Source: Planctomycetota bacterium
Lineage (GTDB): Bacteria > Planctomycetota > UBA8108 > UBA1146
Direction of reading: 5' to 3'
DNA length: 18,166 nt
Assembly (NCBI GenBank): GCA_036338595.1
Contig: JAYZBV010000078.1
Span: 1 to 18,166 of the forward strand
The notes beneath the pieces were generated by a model. That model searched no databases. It saw nothing but the letters and a program-made list of their open reading frames with translations, and was not told the DNA's origin. Shown in pieces: positions 1 through 8,917 of this stretch. Each line of letters begins with the position of its first letter. Position 1 is the stretch's first letter. The translations under genes were made by a program, and so were the position numbers.

Positions 1-821
1 TCCAGGTCTGGCGGGTCCATCTGGACGACCAGGCCGAGCCGAAAACGCGATACCAGGCGCTGGGAAAGGCCCATGATCTGAGAAGGAGGGGCGTCGGATG
101 TGAGGAAGATCTGGCGTTCTTGATTGTAGATCTCATTGAAGGTGTGGAAGAACTCCTCCTGTGTGGCTTCCTTGTCGCAGAGGAACTGGATGTCGTCGAT
201 CAGCAACGCTCCCGCATCACGATAGCGAGATCTGAATTCATCGATCTTTTGTGAGGAGAGTGCCGAGATGAAATCATTGGTGAAGGAGGCGCAGGAGATG
301 GTCACAACATTCGAGACCCCACCTGCGCGCAGCCGATGCGCAACCGCTTGAAGGAGGTGAGTTTTCCCCAACCCGACGGACCCATGCAGGAAGAAAGGGT
401 TATAGGAGCCACCCGGGTTATCCGCTACAGCCATCGCTGCTGCGTGCGCCAGCTGGTTTGACGGTCCGGTGACGAAGGCATCGAAAGTGAGACTCTGGTT
501 GAGAGGAATACGACCGCGATCGCGACCAGGTGTCGAGCGTGGCGATTCATCCATTGTTGCCGCAGTCACTCGATAGTGGATCTGCTTCTCGTGTCCGTCA
601 TCACCAAGCACTTCAGCAACAACATCACTCACCACCGAGCTGAACCGTTGCTGGATGAAGGTTGAATGAAGCATGTTGGGCACTACCACCACGAGATCCT
701 TTGCGTCCTCTACAAAGGTGACCCCGTCGAACCATGGGGACCACAATTCTGGAGGCACCTGGTCCTCGAGAGCCTTCAGGATCCTGACTCCGGCTGGAAT
801 ATCGGCGGCGGACGGGCGCAC
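1..821 (-). CDS. dnaA: Chromosomal replication initiator DnaA (partial; C-terminal part lies beyond the left edge)
   Basis: Absent from the ORF track; translated by hand. Reads LNQSLTFDAFVTGPSNQLAHAAA, YNPFFLHGSVGLGKTHLL (Walker A), LLIDDIQFL (Walker B), QEEFFHTFN, RLVSRF. Start taken as GTG at 821 with AAAGG upstream; in-frame stop at 873-875. Confidence 0.96.
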   Translation of the reverse strand, partial: MRPSAADIPAGVRILKALEDQVPPELWSPWFDGVTFVEDAKDLVVVVPNMLHSTFIQQRFSSVVSDVVAEVLGDDGHEKQIHYRVTAATMDESPRSTPGRDRGRIPLNQSLTFDAFVTGPSNQLAHAAAMAVADNPGGSYNPFFLHGSVGLGKTHLLQAVAHRLRAGGVSNVVTISCASFTNDFISALSSQKIDEFRSRYRDAGALLIDDIQFLCDKEATQEEFFHTFNEIYNQERQIFLTSDAPPSQIMGLSQRLVSRFRLGLVVQMDPPDL

Positions 822-869
822 GGCAGCCTTTCGGGATGGTGGTGATATTGGAGAGCAATCCGAATGTGG

Positions 870-899
870 AGACTACCGAAGTGGGAGAGGGGGATGCAA
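870..899 (-). promoter_or_regulatory. Putative sigma70-type promoter of dnaA
   Basis: Minus strand TTGCAT-N18-TAGTCT, about 50 nt upstream of the proposed start. Confidence 0.4.
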
Positions 900-924
900 G
901 TACCTCTTGAGAGAGCAGGTTTCC

Positions 925-953
925 TTGCCGAGTAGTCAGGCTCGCGATAACAT
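925..953 (+). promoter_or_regulatory. Putative sigma70-type promoter of tRNA-Ser
   Basis: TTGCCG-N17-TAACAT, 44 nt upstream of the tRNA. Confidence 0.55.
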
Positions 954-997
954 TCCCGGACACCATTTATGGTGCGACCGTGCCGAAGGGTTGTCAC

Positions 998-1087
<90 letters not shown>

Positions 1088-1320
1088 AATTATTTACCAC
1101 GGCATTCGCTGCACCCGTCTGCATCTCAGCAACCACGGGCAAATTGTCGTGAACAGATATTGAACAAGGGAGAGCAGGACGAGGGGCTCGAATATCTACA
1201 ACGCCACCCCTGAACTCTCTCGGGGGATACAAGCGCACAAGAATAGGCGTGTCGTTTCTATTCCCGGTACTCAAATCAGCGTGAAAGAAAAGGCCAAGGA
1301 TGCCACCGATGGAAAGCGCC

Positions 1321-1794
1321 TCAGAGCTTCATTCCGACGACGGTACCCTCGAATACTCGTTCTCCCTCGACATATCCCTGGGCAGAAAATTTGGCCAGTT
1401 TGGAACGCAATGCGGTCACTTCCCCGATCATCAATAGCTCTGATCCAGGGTTCACAACGCCCCGAAACCGCACATCCTCACAGGCGGCAAACCCGAGGAT
1501 CTCGTCACTCTCGAGACTTTCTCCAAAGTAGAAGGAACACAGCTGTCCAGCGGTTTCAATCATCAATACCCCCGGCAAGATGGGCCGGTCCGGGAAGTGG
1601 CCGCGGATCCAGAATGCATCATCTCGGACCTCGTGAACGCCGGCGATGGTGGAGTTTTCAGGGTCGTAATGCACGATTCGATTGAGCATCTCCATCTCGT
1701 GTCGCTGAGAATTACGTCGCCGGATCTCCTCCTGGCCAAAGATGGTAATTCCCAGGTCGATGGATCCTGGATCGATGATGGATTTCGACGGCAT
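1321..1794 (-). CDS. fabZ: 3-hydroxyacyl-ACP dehydratase, FabZ/FabA hot-dog family
   Basis: WIRGHFPDRPILPGVLMIE carries the FabZ-type His and Glu, followed by VRFRGVVNPG. Start moved to ATG 1794 after AAGGAGAGG. The usual LPHRYPF motif reads NSQRHEM. Confidence 0.85.
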   Translation of the reverse strand: MPSKSIIDPGSIDLGITIFGQEEIRRRNSQRHEMEMLNRIVHYDPENSTIAGVHEVRDDAFWIRGHFPDRPILPGVLMIETAGQLCSFYFGESLESDEILGFAACEDVRFRGVVNPGSELLMIGEVTALRSKLAKFSAQGYVEGERVFEGTVVGMKL

Positions 1795-1904
1795 CCGCGG
1801 CTTCCTCTCCTTTGTTGAGGGTACACGACCAGGCGGCTCGCTGCGAGAACTGGGACTGAACCTCATGTGGTTGTAGAATGCTGAGTGCAGAAAGGACACT
1901 ACAT

Positions 1905-3179
1905 TTGTCGAGCCTACACATTTCCTACGAGCAACGTGTCACCAGTGGTGATCAGGCAACGCCATACACGCTGGTTCAATTAGAGGGCTTCATCGACGCC
2001 GCCAATTATCCCCGTTTCGAGTCAGCACTGGAGAGGCTGGTCGAGGGGGGAAGGCATCATCTGGTACTTGATTGTCGAGGGGTTCAGTACATCAACTCGA
2101 CCGGGATCAGCGGGATCATACGCTTTCACAACCAGTGCAATGATGCCGGCGGTGCATTTTTGCTCGCTCGTGTAGCGCGCAATGTTGGTATCACGATGCA
2201 CCTGCTGGGGGTCACCTCGGTCGTGCCGGTTGCCAAGGACCTGGATGAGGCCGAGGGTTTGCTTCTGAGCGGGGATCTGGGGACGGCGCACCAGGACGAA
2301 ACCGACCTGGAATCGAAAGCTGCGCGCCGGGTTCCTGTCATGGCAGATCCAGAGATCCCATCGGGATCGGTAGCGATGTTGCTTCCGTCGACGGGGCACT
2401 TCTCTCAAATCTGCAAGAAGAGGGTCGAGGGTCGGGGTGGCAAGGCTTATCTGTTTCATGAAGTTCCCGGCCTGATCGAGGGAATAGATGCCATCGTGCC
2501 CGATCTGATCGTTGTCGATAAGCGTGTGCCTGGCAGCGAAACGTTGGTCGAGAGTATCAAGCTCGACCCCAGACATGCGCTAGCATCGGTGATTCTGATT
2601 CATCCACGAGGTGCCGATCTCAACGATGTCTCTGGCTTCAGGGTGTGGGAAAATGATTCATTGGTGGACCCGTTTGACCTCGGCAACCTGTTCGTTCTCA
2701 CCGAGACCGAAATCCGACGCGTGTCGCGCGACCGGAAACTCTTCACCCAGCAAGTGCGTTTCCAGTTCCAGGGCAATCAAGATTCCATCGATCAAGGATT
2801 GAGCCTCGGCGAAGCGCTCATCGCCAAGTTGCCACTGACGGAGTCGGAACGGAACGCTCTCCATTCGGCGCTCAAGGAGGGTGTCGATAATGCAGTTCGT
2901 CATGGAAATCGTGCTCGCCCCGAACGGCGAGTCACAATCAATTACGTGGTAGATCCGCGCCGGGTAACGATGTTGGTGGAAGATGAAGGTGAGGGATTCG
3001 ACCACGAGTATTACCTGAGCCAGATCGAGGAAAAAGATGCGTTCGATAGAGCCAAGGAGAGGATGCGAGAGGGGGGCCGAGGCGGCCTCGGCATCCTGCT
3101 GATGCACCGTTGTTCCGATCGCCTCGAGTATCTTGGCAAGGGTAATGTGGTTCGGATCGAGAAGCGTTTGTATGCCTGA
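1905..3179 (+). CDS. STAS (anti-anti-sigma) / receiver-like / RsbW-type HATPase Ser kinase fusion protein
   Basis: N-terminal LEGFID...LVLDCRGVQYINSTGI (STAS). Middle PDLIVVD...SVILI...LVDPFD (REC fold). C-terminal EGVDNAVRHGN, VEDEGEGFD, GGLGILLM (N, G1, G2 boxes). Start is TTG 1905 after AAAGGA; ATG 1878 is the alternative. Confidence 0.88.
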   Translation: MSSLHISYEQRVTSGDQATPYTLVQLEGFIDAANYPRFESALERLVEGGRHHLVLDCRGVQYINSTGISGIIRFHNQCNDAGGAFLLARVARNVGITMHLLGVTSVVPVAKDLDEAEGLLLSGDLGTAHQDETDLESKAARRVPVMADPEIPSGSVAMLLPSTGHFSQICKKRVEGRGGKAYLFHEVPGLIEGIDAIVPDLIVVDKRVPGSETLVESIKLDPRHALASVILIHPRGADLNDVSGFRVWENDSLVDPFDLGNLFVLTETEIRRVSRDRKLFTQQVRFQFQGNQDSIDQGLSLGEALIAKLPLTESERNALHSALKEGVDNAVRHGNRARPERRVTINYVVDPRRVTMLVEDEGEGFDHEYYLSQIEEKDAFDRAKERMREGGRGGLGILLMHRCSDRLEYLGKGNVVRIEKRLYA

Positions 3180-3238
3180 CGGGGCGATCACGCTGCCGAT
3201 GTAGGGCTGTACTCCAGGGCAGTGGTCTCCACCAGGTG

Positions 3239-3267
3239 TTGACAGGGCCGAGCCAGATGCGCACAAT
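3239..3267 (+). promoter_or_regulatory. Putative sigma70-type promoter of tRNA-Gly
   Basis: TTGACA-N17-CACAAT. Confidence 0.65.
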
Positions 3268-3314
3268 CGACCCTGTATCCACCGGACAGGAATCCACTGG
3301 ATGTGCCGGTCAGA

Positions 3315-3389
3315 GCGGGTGTAGCTCAGGGGTAGAGCATCACGTTGCCAACGTGATTGTCGTGGGTTCGAATCCCATCACCCGCTCCA
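3315..3389 (+). tRNA. tRNA-Gly (GCC)
   Basis: GCGGGTG/CACCCGC acceptor stem, TCACG-TTGCCAA-CGTGA anticodon arm, GGTTCGAATCC T-arm, encoded CCA. Confidence 0.98.
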
Positions 3390-3478
3390 TTTTTTCTCAC
3401 CGCTTCTCAATTTCAGCGAAATTCAGTCGATCCAGGCGAAAATTGGCCAAATCAGGAGCATCCGTTCGCCTGCATGCG

Positions 3479-3507
3479 TTGACACAATTGAGGGGCGCGA
3501 CCATCAT
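3479..3507 (+). promoter_or_regulatory. Putative promoter of tig-clpP-clpX
   Basis: TTGACA-N17-CATCAT, about 50 nt before the tig start. Confidence 0.55.
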
Positions 3508-3558
3508 TTCCGATCGAGGCATTGTGCCGTGCTCAGGACTAAGGGCAGAGAGGACCCC

Positions 3559-4935
3559 ATGAACGACACCGAATCCGCCGATGTGAACACCACCGAAGAA
3601 GACACCACCGATGAAAACACCAGGGTGTCGGACGATGACGCTGGACAGCAGATGAGCCAGGCAGAGTGCTCCTCTGAAGGACCTTGCCGCAAGCGCCTCC
3701 AGATCGAGGTCGCCCAGAGCACCGTCGCAGAAGAGCTCGCCAAGAACTTCAAGCAACTCAGAGATACGATTCAACTGGCCGGGTTTCGCAAGGGGAAAGC
3801 ACCACTGAACCTGCTCAAGAAACGATTTGGTGAACAGGTGAAAGAGGATGTGCGAGAAGAACTGATCGGACGCGCCGTCGAGGAGCAGTTCGAAGCCGCT
3901 GAATGGAAGCCGATCGGGCCTCCCGAGTTCGAAAAGGTCGAGTTTTCAGCGGATGCCAACTTCACCTTCGAGGCCGTTTTTGATGTTCAGCCCACTTTTG
4001 ACCTTCCTACCTACAAGGGGATCGAGATCGAGGGCAAGTCGGTAGAGGTGGAAGAGTCTGAAATCGACCGAGAGGTCGAGATGATCTGCGAACAGGCTTC
4101 ATCGCTGGAGCCTGTGCCTGTTGGGGAACACGCCGAGGGCGACTTTGCGGTGGTCGATCTATCGATGGTGATCGATGACGACCCCATCTTTGAACGCCAG
4201 GAAGTGCTGCTGAAAATCGGCGACGACCACATCGATTCGATAGAGATTCCCGATCTCGGGAAAGCGTTGCTGGAAGCAGCTCAGGATGATGTGATCGAGA
4301 ACTCGGTTCAGGTGCCAGATGATTTTCCCGATGCAGCACATCACGGCAAGACAGCCTTGCTGAAGTTGACCCTCAAGGATGCAAAGAAAAAGGTCACCCC
4401 TGAACTCGATGCGGCTTTCATCGAAAAACTGGGTGTCGAGTCGGAGGACGACCTCCGCTCGAAGGTACGAGATAACCTCGAAGGTCGCCGCAAGGCTCAG
4501 GAAGATACGCGACAGGAAGACCTGCTCGCCGAGATGGTTGCAGATTCCGTCGAGATGGAATTGCCCGAGGCGATGGTCGAGAAGCGCAAGGAGTCAAAGA
4601 CCCATCGCCTTGAGGCCGAATTGATTCAGAGCGGAAAGTCGGAAGAAGAGGCAAAGGAAGAGGCGCAGAAAGATGACAGTGCCGAAACCGAGGCTCGCAA
4701 GGAGCTGTCACGCATCTTCGTGCTCGACCGTCTTGCAGACGAGGAAAAGGTGTTTGTTACCGAGGACGAGGTGGTTCAGCGATTGCAGGCGATTGCGACC
4801 ACTTATCAGCAGCCGCTTGAACAGGTGGTCGAACAATACCGCAACGGGGGTATGCTGCCCGAACTCAGAAACGGCATGCGGCGCGAGAAGGTGAAGCAGA
4901 TGCTCCGCAAGAAGGCGAAGGTCTCCAGCGAATGA
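3559..4935 (+). CDS. tig: Trigger factor
   Basis: Ribosome-binding motif GFRKGKAP, then P.FDLPTYKGI; lies upstream of clpP-clpX. ATG 3559 follows GAGAGGA. Confidence 0.95.
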   Translation: MNDTESADVNTTEEDTTDENTRVSDDDAGQQMSQAECSSEGPCRKRLQIEVAQSTVAEELAKNFKQLRDTIQLAGFRKGKAPLNLLKKRFGEQVKEDVREELIGRAVEEQFEAAEWKPIGPPEFEKVEFSADANFTFEAVFDVQPTFDLPTYKGIEIEGKSVEVEESEIDREVEMICEQASSLEPVPVGEHAEGDFAVVDLSMVIDDDPIFERQEVLLKIGDDHIDSIEIPDLGKALLEAAQDDVIENSVQVPDDFPDAAHHGKTALLKLTLKDAKKKVTPELDAAFIEKLGVESEDDLRSKVRDNLEGRRKAQEDTRQEDLLAEMVADSVEMELPEAMVEKRKESKTHRLEAELIQSGKSEEEAKEEAQKDDSAETEARKELSRIFVLDRLADEEKVFVTEDEVVQRLQAIATTYQQPLEQVVEQYRNGGMLPELRNGMRREKVKQMLRKKAKVSSE

Positions 4936-5032
4936 TAAATTTCAGACCACCGTGTGAATCAGTAACAAGAAATGAGAGCACGAGAAACTTGAACACCAGG
5001 AACCTGAAAATAATGAAATACAGGGGGATTCG

Positions 5033-5674
5033 ATGAACGACGAGTTGATGCGAAAAATCGATGACATTCAGAACAACCTCGTGCCATTTGTCATAGAGCG
5101 GACGGGGCGTGGCGAGCGTTCATATGACATCTTTTCGAGATTGCTGAAGGATCGAATCGTCTTCATCGGCGATGGGATTCAAGATCACACTGCGAACCTG
5201 GTGATTGCCCAGATCTTGTTCCTGGTCTCCGACAACCGGAACCAGGACATCAACATCTACATCAACAGCCCGGGTGGCTCCGTCACCGCTGGGTTGGCGA
5301 TTTACGACACCATGCAGTTCGTGCAGTGTGATATCGCTACCTTCTGCATCGGCCAGGCCTCCTCGATGGGTGCGGTTCTTCTTGCAGCAGGAACACAGGG
5401 TAAGCGCCATGCGCTACCGCATTCTCGCATCATGATCCACCAGCCGTGGGGTGGTGCTCAGGGAACGGCGATGGATATCGAAATCCAGGCCAGAGAAATC
5501 AAGCGCAACAAGGAGGTCCTCTGCGAGATCCTCGGGCGCCATGCGGGCAAGGGCCCGAAACAGATCGAGGATGATTCACACTGGGACTTCTTCATGTCTG
5601 CACATGAAGCCAAGGATTACGGCCTGGTGGACCAGGTGATCGATTCTCTCAAACCTGTTGCAGAAGTGTCGTAG
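5033..5674 (+). CDS. clpP: ATP-dependent Clp protease proteolytic subunit
   Basis: [24 protein letters not shown], catalytic Ser (QASSMGA), His (IMIHQP) and Asp (WDFFMSA). Confidence 0.98.
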   Translation: MNDELMRKIDDIQNNLVPFVIERTGRGERSYDIFSRLLKDRIVFIGDGIQDHTANLVIAQILFLVSDNRNQDINIYINSPGGSVTAGLAIYDTMQFVQCDIATFCIGQASSMGAVLLAAGTQGKRHALPHSRIMIHQPWGGAQGTAMDIEIQAREIKRNKEVLCEILGRHAGKGPKQIEDDSHWDFFMSAHEAKDYGLVDQVIDSLKPVAEVS

Positions 5675-5689
5675 GACGAGGCACAGCAG

Positions 5690-7144
5690 ATGTCAGACGA
5701 GAAGCAAGATTCCGGATCAGACTCCACTGGCGGCCCGCCGCAACGCGGCGAGCGCTGTAGTTTCTGTGGCAAGAGCGCCAAGGAGGTGGGCAGGCTGATC
5801 GCCGGCCCTCCTGGAGTCTGTATCTGTAACGAATGCGTGGATCTGTGCCACACCATCATCACAGAGGATTCCTCACCCCTCGGCGTCAGCGAACCACCAA
5901 GAACACTCGATGACGTACCGAGCCCCAAGGAGTTGCACGAAGAACTTCAGAGCTGGATCATTGGCCAGGAAGATGCCAAACGCACTCTTGCCGTCGCGGT
6001 ACACCTGCATTTCCGCAGGCTCGTGCACCTCGATGCGAAGTCCGATTCTTCCGAGGACGGCGATGACAAGGTACAGATCGAGAAGTCGAATATCCTCCTC
6101 ATCGGCCCGACCGGGTGCGGAAAAACGCTGATGGCTCGCACGCTTGCGCAAGCACTCGATGTCCCTTTTGCCATCGGAGATGCGACAACCCTCACGGAGG
6201 CTGGATATGTTGGAGAGGATGTTGAGAACCTGCTGTTGAAACTGGTCATGGCAGCAGATTACGACATCGAAAAGGCACAACGAGGGATCATCTTTGTTGA
6301 CGAGGTCGATAAGATCGGAAAGGCGACGCAAAATGTCTCCATCACCAGAGATGTCTCCGGTGAAGGAGTACAGCAGGCGCTACTGAAAATTCTCGAGGGG
6401 ACTGTTGCCAATATCCCACCCCAGGGTGGACGCAAACATCCCGAGCAGCAGTACATTCAGCTCGACACATCCAACATTCTCTTCATCTGTGGCGGAGCAT
6501 TCGACGGATTGCCGGAAATCATCGCAGAGAGACTCAACGCCAAGAAGGTTGGTTTCCGCAGTAAAGATGGATCCAGCAGTAAGGATAGAGAAGCACTGGA
6601 CCTGGAAGACCTTCACGAAAAGGCCCGCCTGTTCAAGCACGTTGAAGTGCAGGATTTGCTGCGCTACGGCATGATTCCAGAATTTGTAGGACGACTGCCC
6701 GTGGTCACAGCGCTTCAGCCCCTCGATGACGATGATCTGGTGAGGGTTCTGACGGAACCCAGAAATTCACTGGTTCGTCAGTATCGCGAGTTCTTTCGCA
6801 TGGAGGATGGTGATCTCAGTTTCACTCCAGAGGCATTGCGAGAGATAGCAAAACTCGCCAGACGCCGCGGCACAGGTGCCCGGGGGCTGCGTTCTGTCAT
6901 CGAGGACCTGATGCGAGACATCATCTTCGAGGCGAGCGGAACGAAATTGAAGGGGCTGAAACTGGTGGTTGACGAGCAGCGGGTGCATGCGCTCTCCGAT
7001 GAGGACAGTTCACCAGACAATGTAAACTTTGAAAAACCAGAAGAAGATGATGCAGATGATGACGAAGATCAGCCGCCCGTCTCCCCCTTACCCGACAGCG
7101 ATGACGAGCCCGCCGGCGAGACGGCCGCACAACTAATTTCCTGA
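5690..7144 (+). CDS. clpX: ATP-dependent Clp protease ATP-binding subunit ClpX
   Basis: Zn finger CSFC..CNEC, Walker [13 protein letters not shown] pore loop, Walker B VDEVD, RKH loop, VGF docking loop, GARGLR. Confidence 0.98.
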   Translation: MSDEKQDSGSDSTGGPPQRGERCSFCGKSAKEVGRLIAGPPGVCICNECVDLCHTIITEDSSPLGVSEPPRTLDDVPSPKELHEELQSWIIGQEDAKRTLAVAVHLHFRRLVHLDAKSDSSEDGDDKVQIEKSNILLIGPTGCGKTLMARTLAQALDVPFAIGDATTLTEAGYVGEDVENLLLKLVMAADYDIEKAQRGIIFVDEVDKIGKATQNVSITRDVSGEGVQQALLKILEGTVANIPPQGGRKHPEQQYIQLDTSNILFICGGAFDGLPEIIAERLNAKKVGFRSKDGSSSKDREALDLEDLHEKARLFKHVEVQDLLRYGMIPEFVGRLPVVTALQPLDDDDLVRVLTEPRNSLVRQYREFFRMEDGDLSFTPEALREIAKLARRRGTGARGLRSVIEDLMRDIIFEASGTKLKGLKLVVDEQRVHALSDEDSSPDNVNFEKPEEDDADDDEDQPPVSPLPDSDDEPAGETAAQLIS

Positions 7145-7178
7145 ACCCCGACTGGCCATTTCTCGGCCCTTTCGGGGT
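7145..7178. terminator. Hairpin between convergent clpX and cyclase genes
   Basis: ACCCCGA..GGCC-ATTTCTC-GGCC..TCGGGGT inverted repeat; no clear U-tract. Confidence 0.4.
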
Positions 7179-7192
7179 GGAGCTGGCCGGTG

Positions 7193-8776
7193 TCAGTCGC
7201 CACCCTTATTGCCGAGCACCCGCCACGGCTTGACGCCGATGCGCTTGCCCTTCAGGCGCATTTCCTCCATCTCTTCGAGGAGAAACAGATGACCGCAGGG
7301 CTGGGCGGTTGCGGGACCGACGACCACTTCACCCGCCTTGGCGACCTGGGACTCGAGACGGCTGGCAATATTCACGATATCGCCGATGACGGTATAATCA
7401 CTGCGCTGGATCGATCCGATGTCTCCCACAACAGCCATCCCCGAGTTGATGCCGATTCTCATGCTCAGAGGTGGCCAATCAGGATGCTGGGCAGACATCT
7501 CCTGGATCTTGGTTTGCATCGCCAGCGCCGTACGTATGGCACGAGCTGGGTGGTCTTCCTGTTGTTCCGGAGCACCAAAAAATGCGATGAGAGCGTCGCC
7601 GATGTACTTGTCGAGGGTCCCGTCCTCGCGAAAGACCTCTGCCGTGAGTTCTTCGAACAACTCATTGAGCAAATCGACCACTTCACGGGGAGCCATCTGC
7701 TCTGACATGGTAGTGAAGCCAACGAGGTCGGCGAAGAGCACCGTGATGTCCGCCTCCATCGAGCCTAACTGTGCCTCGCCAGCGAGAACCCGCTCGACAA
7801 CATTCGGGGAAAGGCGGCAAGAGAGCTCCTTGCGGCGACGTTTTTCAACTTCTACTGATTGATGCAATCGGGACTGCTCCAGGGCGCTCGATACCATCAG
7901 CGCAAGCACCGAGATCAGATCCAGATGCTCCGGTTCGAGCGGCTTCTGTGATTCTATGCAATCAACGTAGAGTATCCCGACGACTTCACCTTGTACGACA
8001 AGTGGAGCACACATCGCTGATAGGATGTGCATCTGGATGATGCTGTCTGCTGACGTCAGGTTGCCCATGTTTCCGGTGTCACGGATCAGCACTGCACGAT
8101 GTTCATCGATAACCTGTCTGGCGATGGTACGGGAGAGTTGCATCTGGGGATTATCGCCAAGCCCCTCTCGGGACCCTGTAGCGTGAGGGGTCAGGTTGTC
8201 ATTTTCGACCAGGCTCAAGAAACCACGGTCGATCGGCAGCGATCGCAATGCCAGATCGATGGCTCCCTGGGTCACTTCGGAGAGACTGGAACCAGTCAGT
8301 AGCGTTTCGGCGGCATTCTTGAACAGTTCCAGCGCCACGCCGAGGTCTGCGACAGCGCTACCCTTGGTGGGTTGACCCTGGAGGTGTTGTTCCAGGTCAT
8401 CGATGATCAGAGATTCCATCACACCCTGACTGGGCAGGTCCTGGTCGAACTGGATGTCGAAGACGCTCTTTGCCTCACCATCCACGAGGATCGATACATT
8501 CCCCAACCGGATCACCATACCTGGCCGTAATTCCGCAGAGGCGATCCGCTGGTCGCCCACCTGAATCCCGTTGCGGCTATCGAGATCCTCGATCAGGAAT
8601 ACACCACCCCGTTCGATGATCCTGGCATGATTTCTGGAGATGGTGTCGTCCTTGATACAGACCTCGCAGCTGGAGGCGCGTCCGATCACCATCATTCCCG
8701 AGCACACCTGGTGAAGCCGATCACCGCTCGAATCCCTGAATCTGAGCGTCAAGGGTGCCGTCGCAGGAAGAGTCAT
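7193..8776 (-). CDS. FHA-GAF-class III adenylate cyclase
   Basis: FHA: IGR..SRNHA..SRNG. GAF: SAMCAPL..VVGILYVD. Cyclase: VLFADLVGFT, LDKYIGDA, DYTVIGDIVNIASRLE; the Lys/Thr specificity residues indicate ATP. ATG 8776 follows AAAGG. Confidence 0.93.
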   Translation of the reverse strand: MTLPATAPLTLRFRDSSGDRLHQVCSGMMVIGRASSCEVCIKDDTISRNHARIIERGGVFLIEDLDSRNGIQVGDQRIASAELRPGMVIRLGNVSILVDGEAKSVFDIQFDQDLPSQGVMESLIIDDLEQHLQGQPTKGSAVADLGVALELFKNAAETLLTGSSLSEVTQGAIDLALRSLPIDRGFLSLVENDNLTPHATGSREGLGDNPQMQLSRTIARQVIDEHRAVLIRDTGNMGNLTSADSIIQMHILSAMCAPLVVQGEVVGILYVDCIESQKPLEPEHLDLISVLALMVSSALEQSRLHQSVEVEKRRRKELSCRLSPNVVERVLAGEAQLGSMEADITVLFADLVGFTTMSEQMAPREVVDLLNELFEELTAEVFREDGTLDKYIGDALIAFFGAPEQQEDHPARAIRTALAMQTKIQEMSAQHPDWPPLSMRIGINSGMAVVGDIGSIQRSDYTVIGDIVNIASRLESQVAKAGEVVVGPATAQPCGHLFLLEEMEEMRLKGKRIGVKPWRVLGNKGGD

Positions 8777-8888
8777 GGATTCGCCTTTCAATCACGAGAG
8801 TAGAGGATCCGGGGGCTGAGAGCCACCCAGGCGTGGTCTGGCAGGGGTCCCGAAGACCGCTGTTTACACGGCAGTAATTCGGCTTCCC

Positions 8889-8917
8889 TTGCAGCCAAGC
8901 GGCTCGATTCGTACGAT
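8889..8917 (+). promoter_or_regulatory. Putative promoter of the rpmE2-prfA-prmC unit
   Basis: TTGCAG-N17-TACGAT, about 150 nt upstream of the rpmE2 start. Confidence 0.5.

Noticed and set aside
3236..3562. 108-aa ORF before tig
   Set aside because: It spans tRNA-Gly and two promoter-like sites.
4972..5036. Mini-ORFs MRARET and MKYRGIR upstream of clpP, and possible heat-shock operators
   Set aside because: The ORFs are too short to distinguish from chance. No complete CIRCE, CtsR or sigma32 consensus was found.
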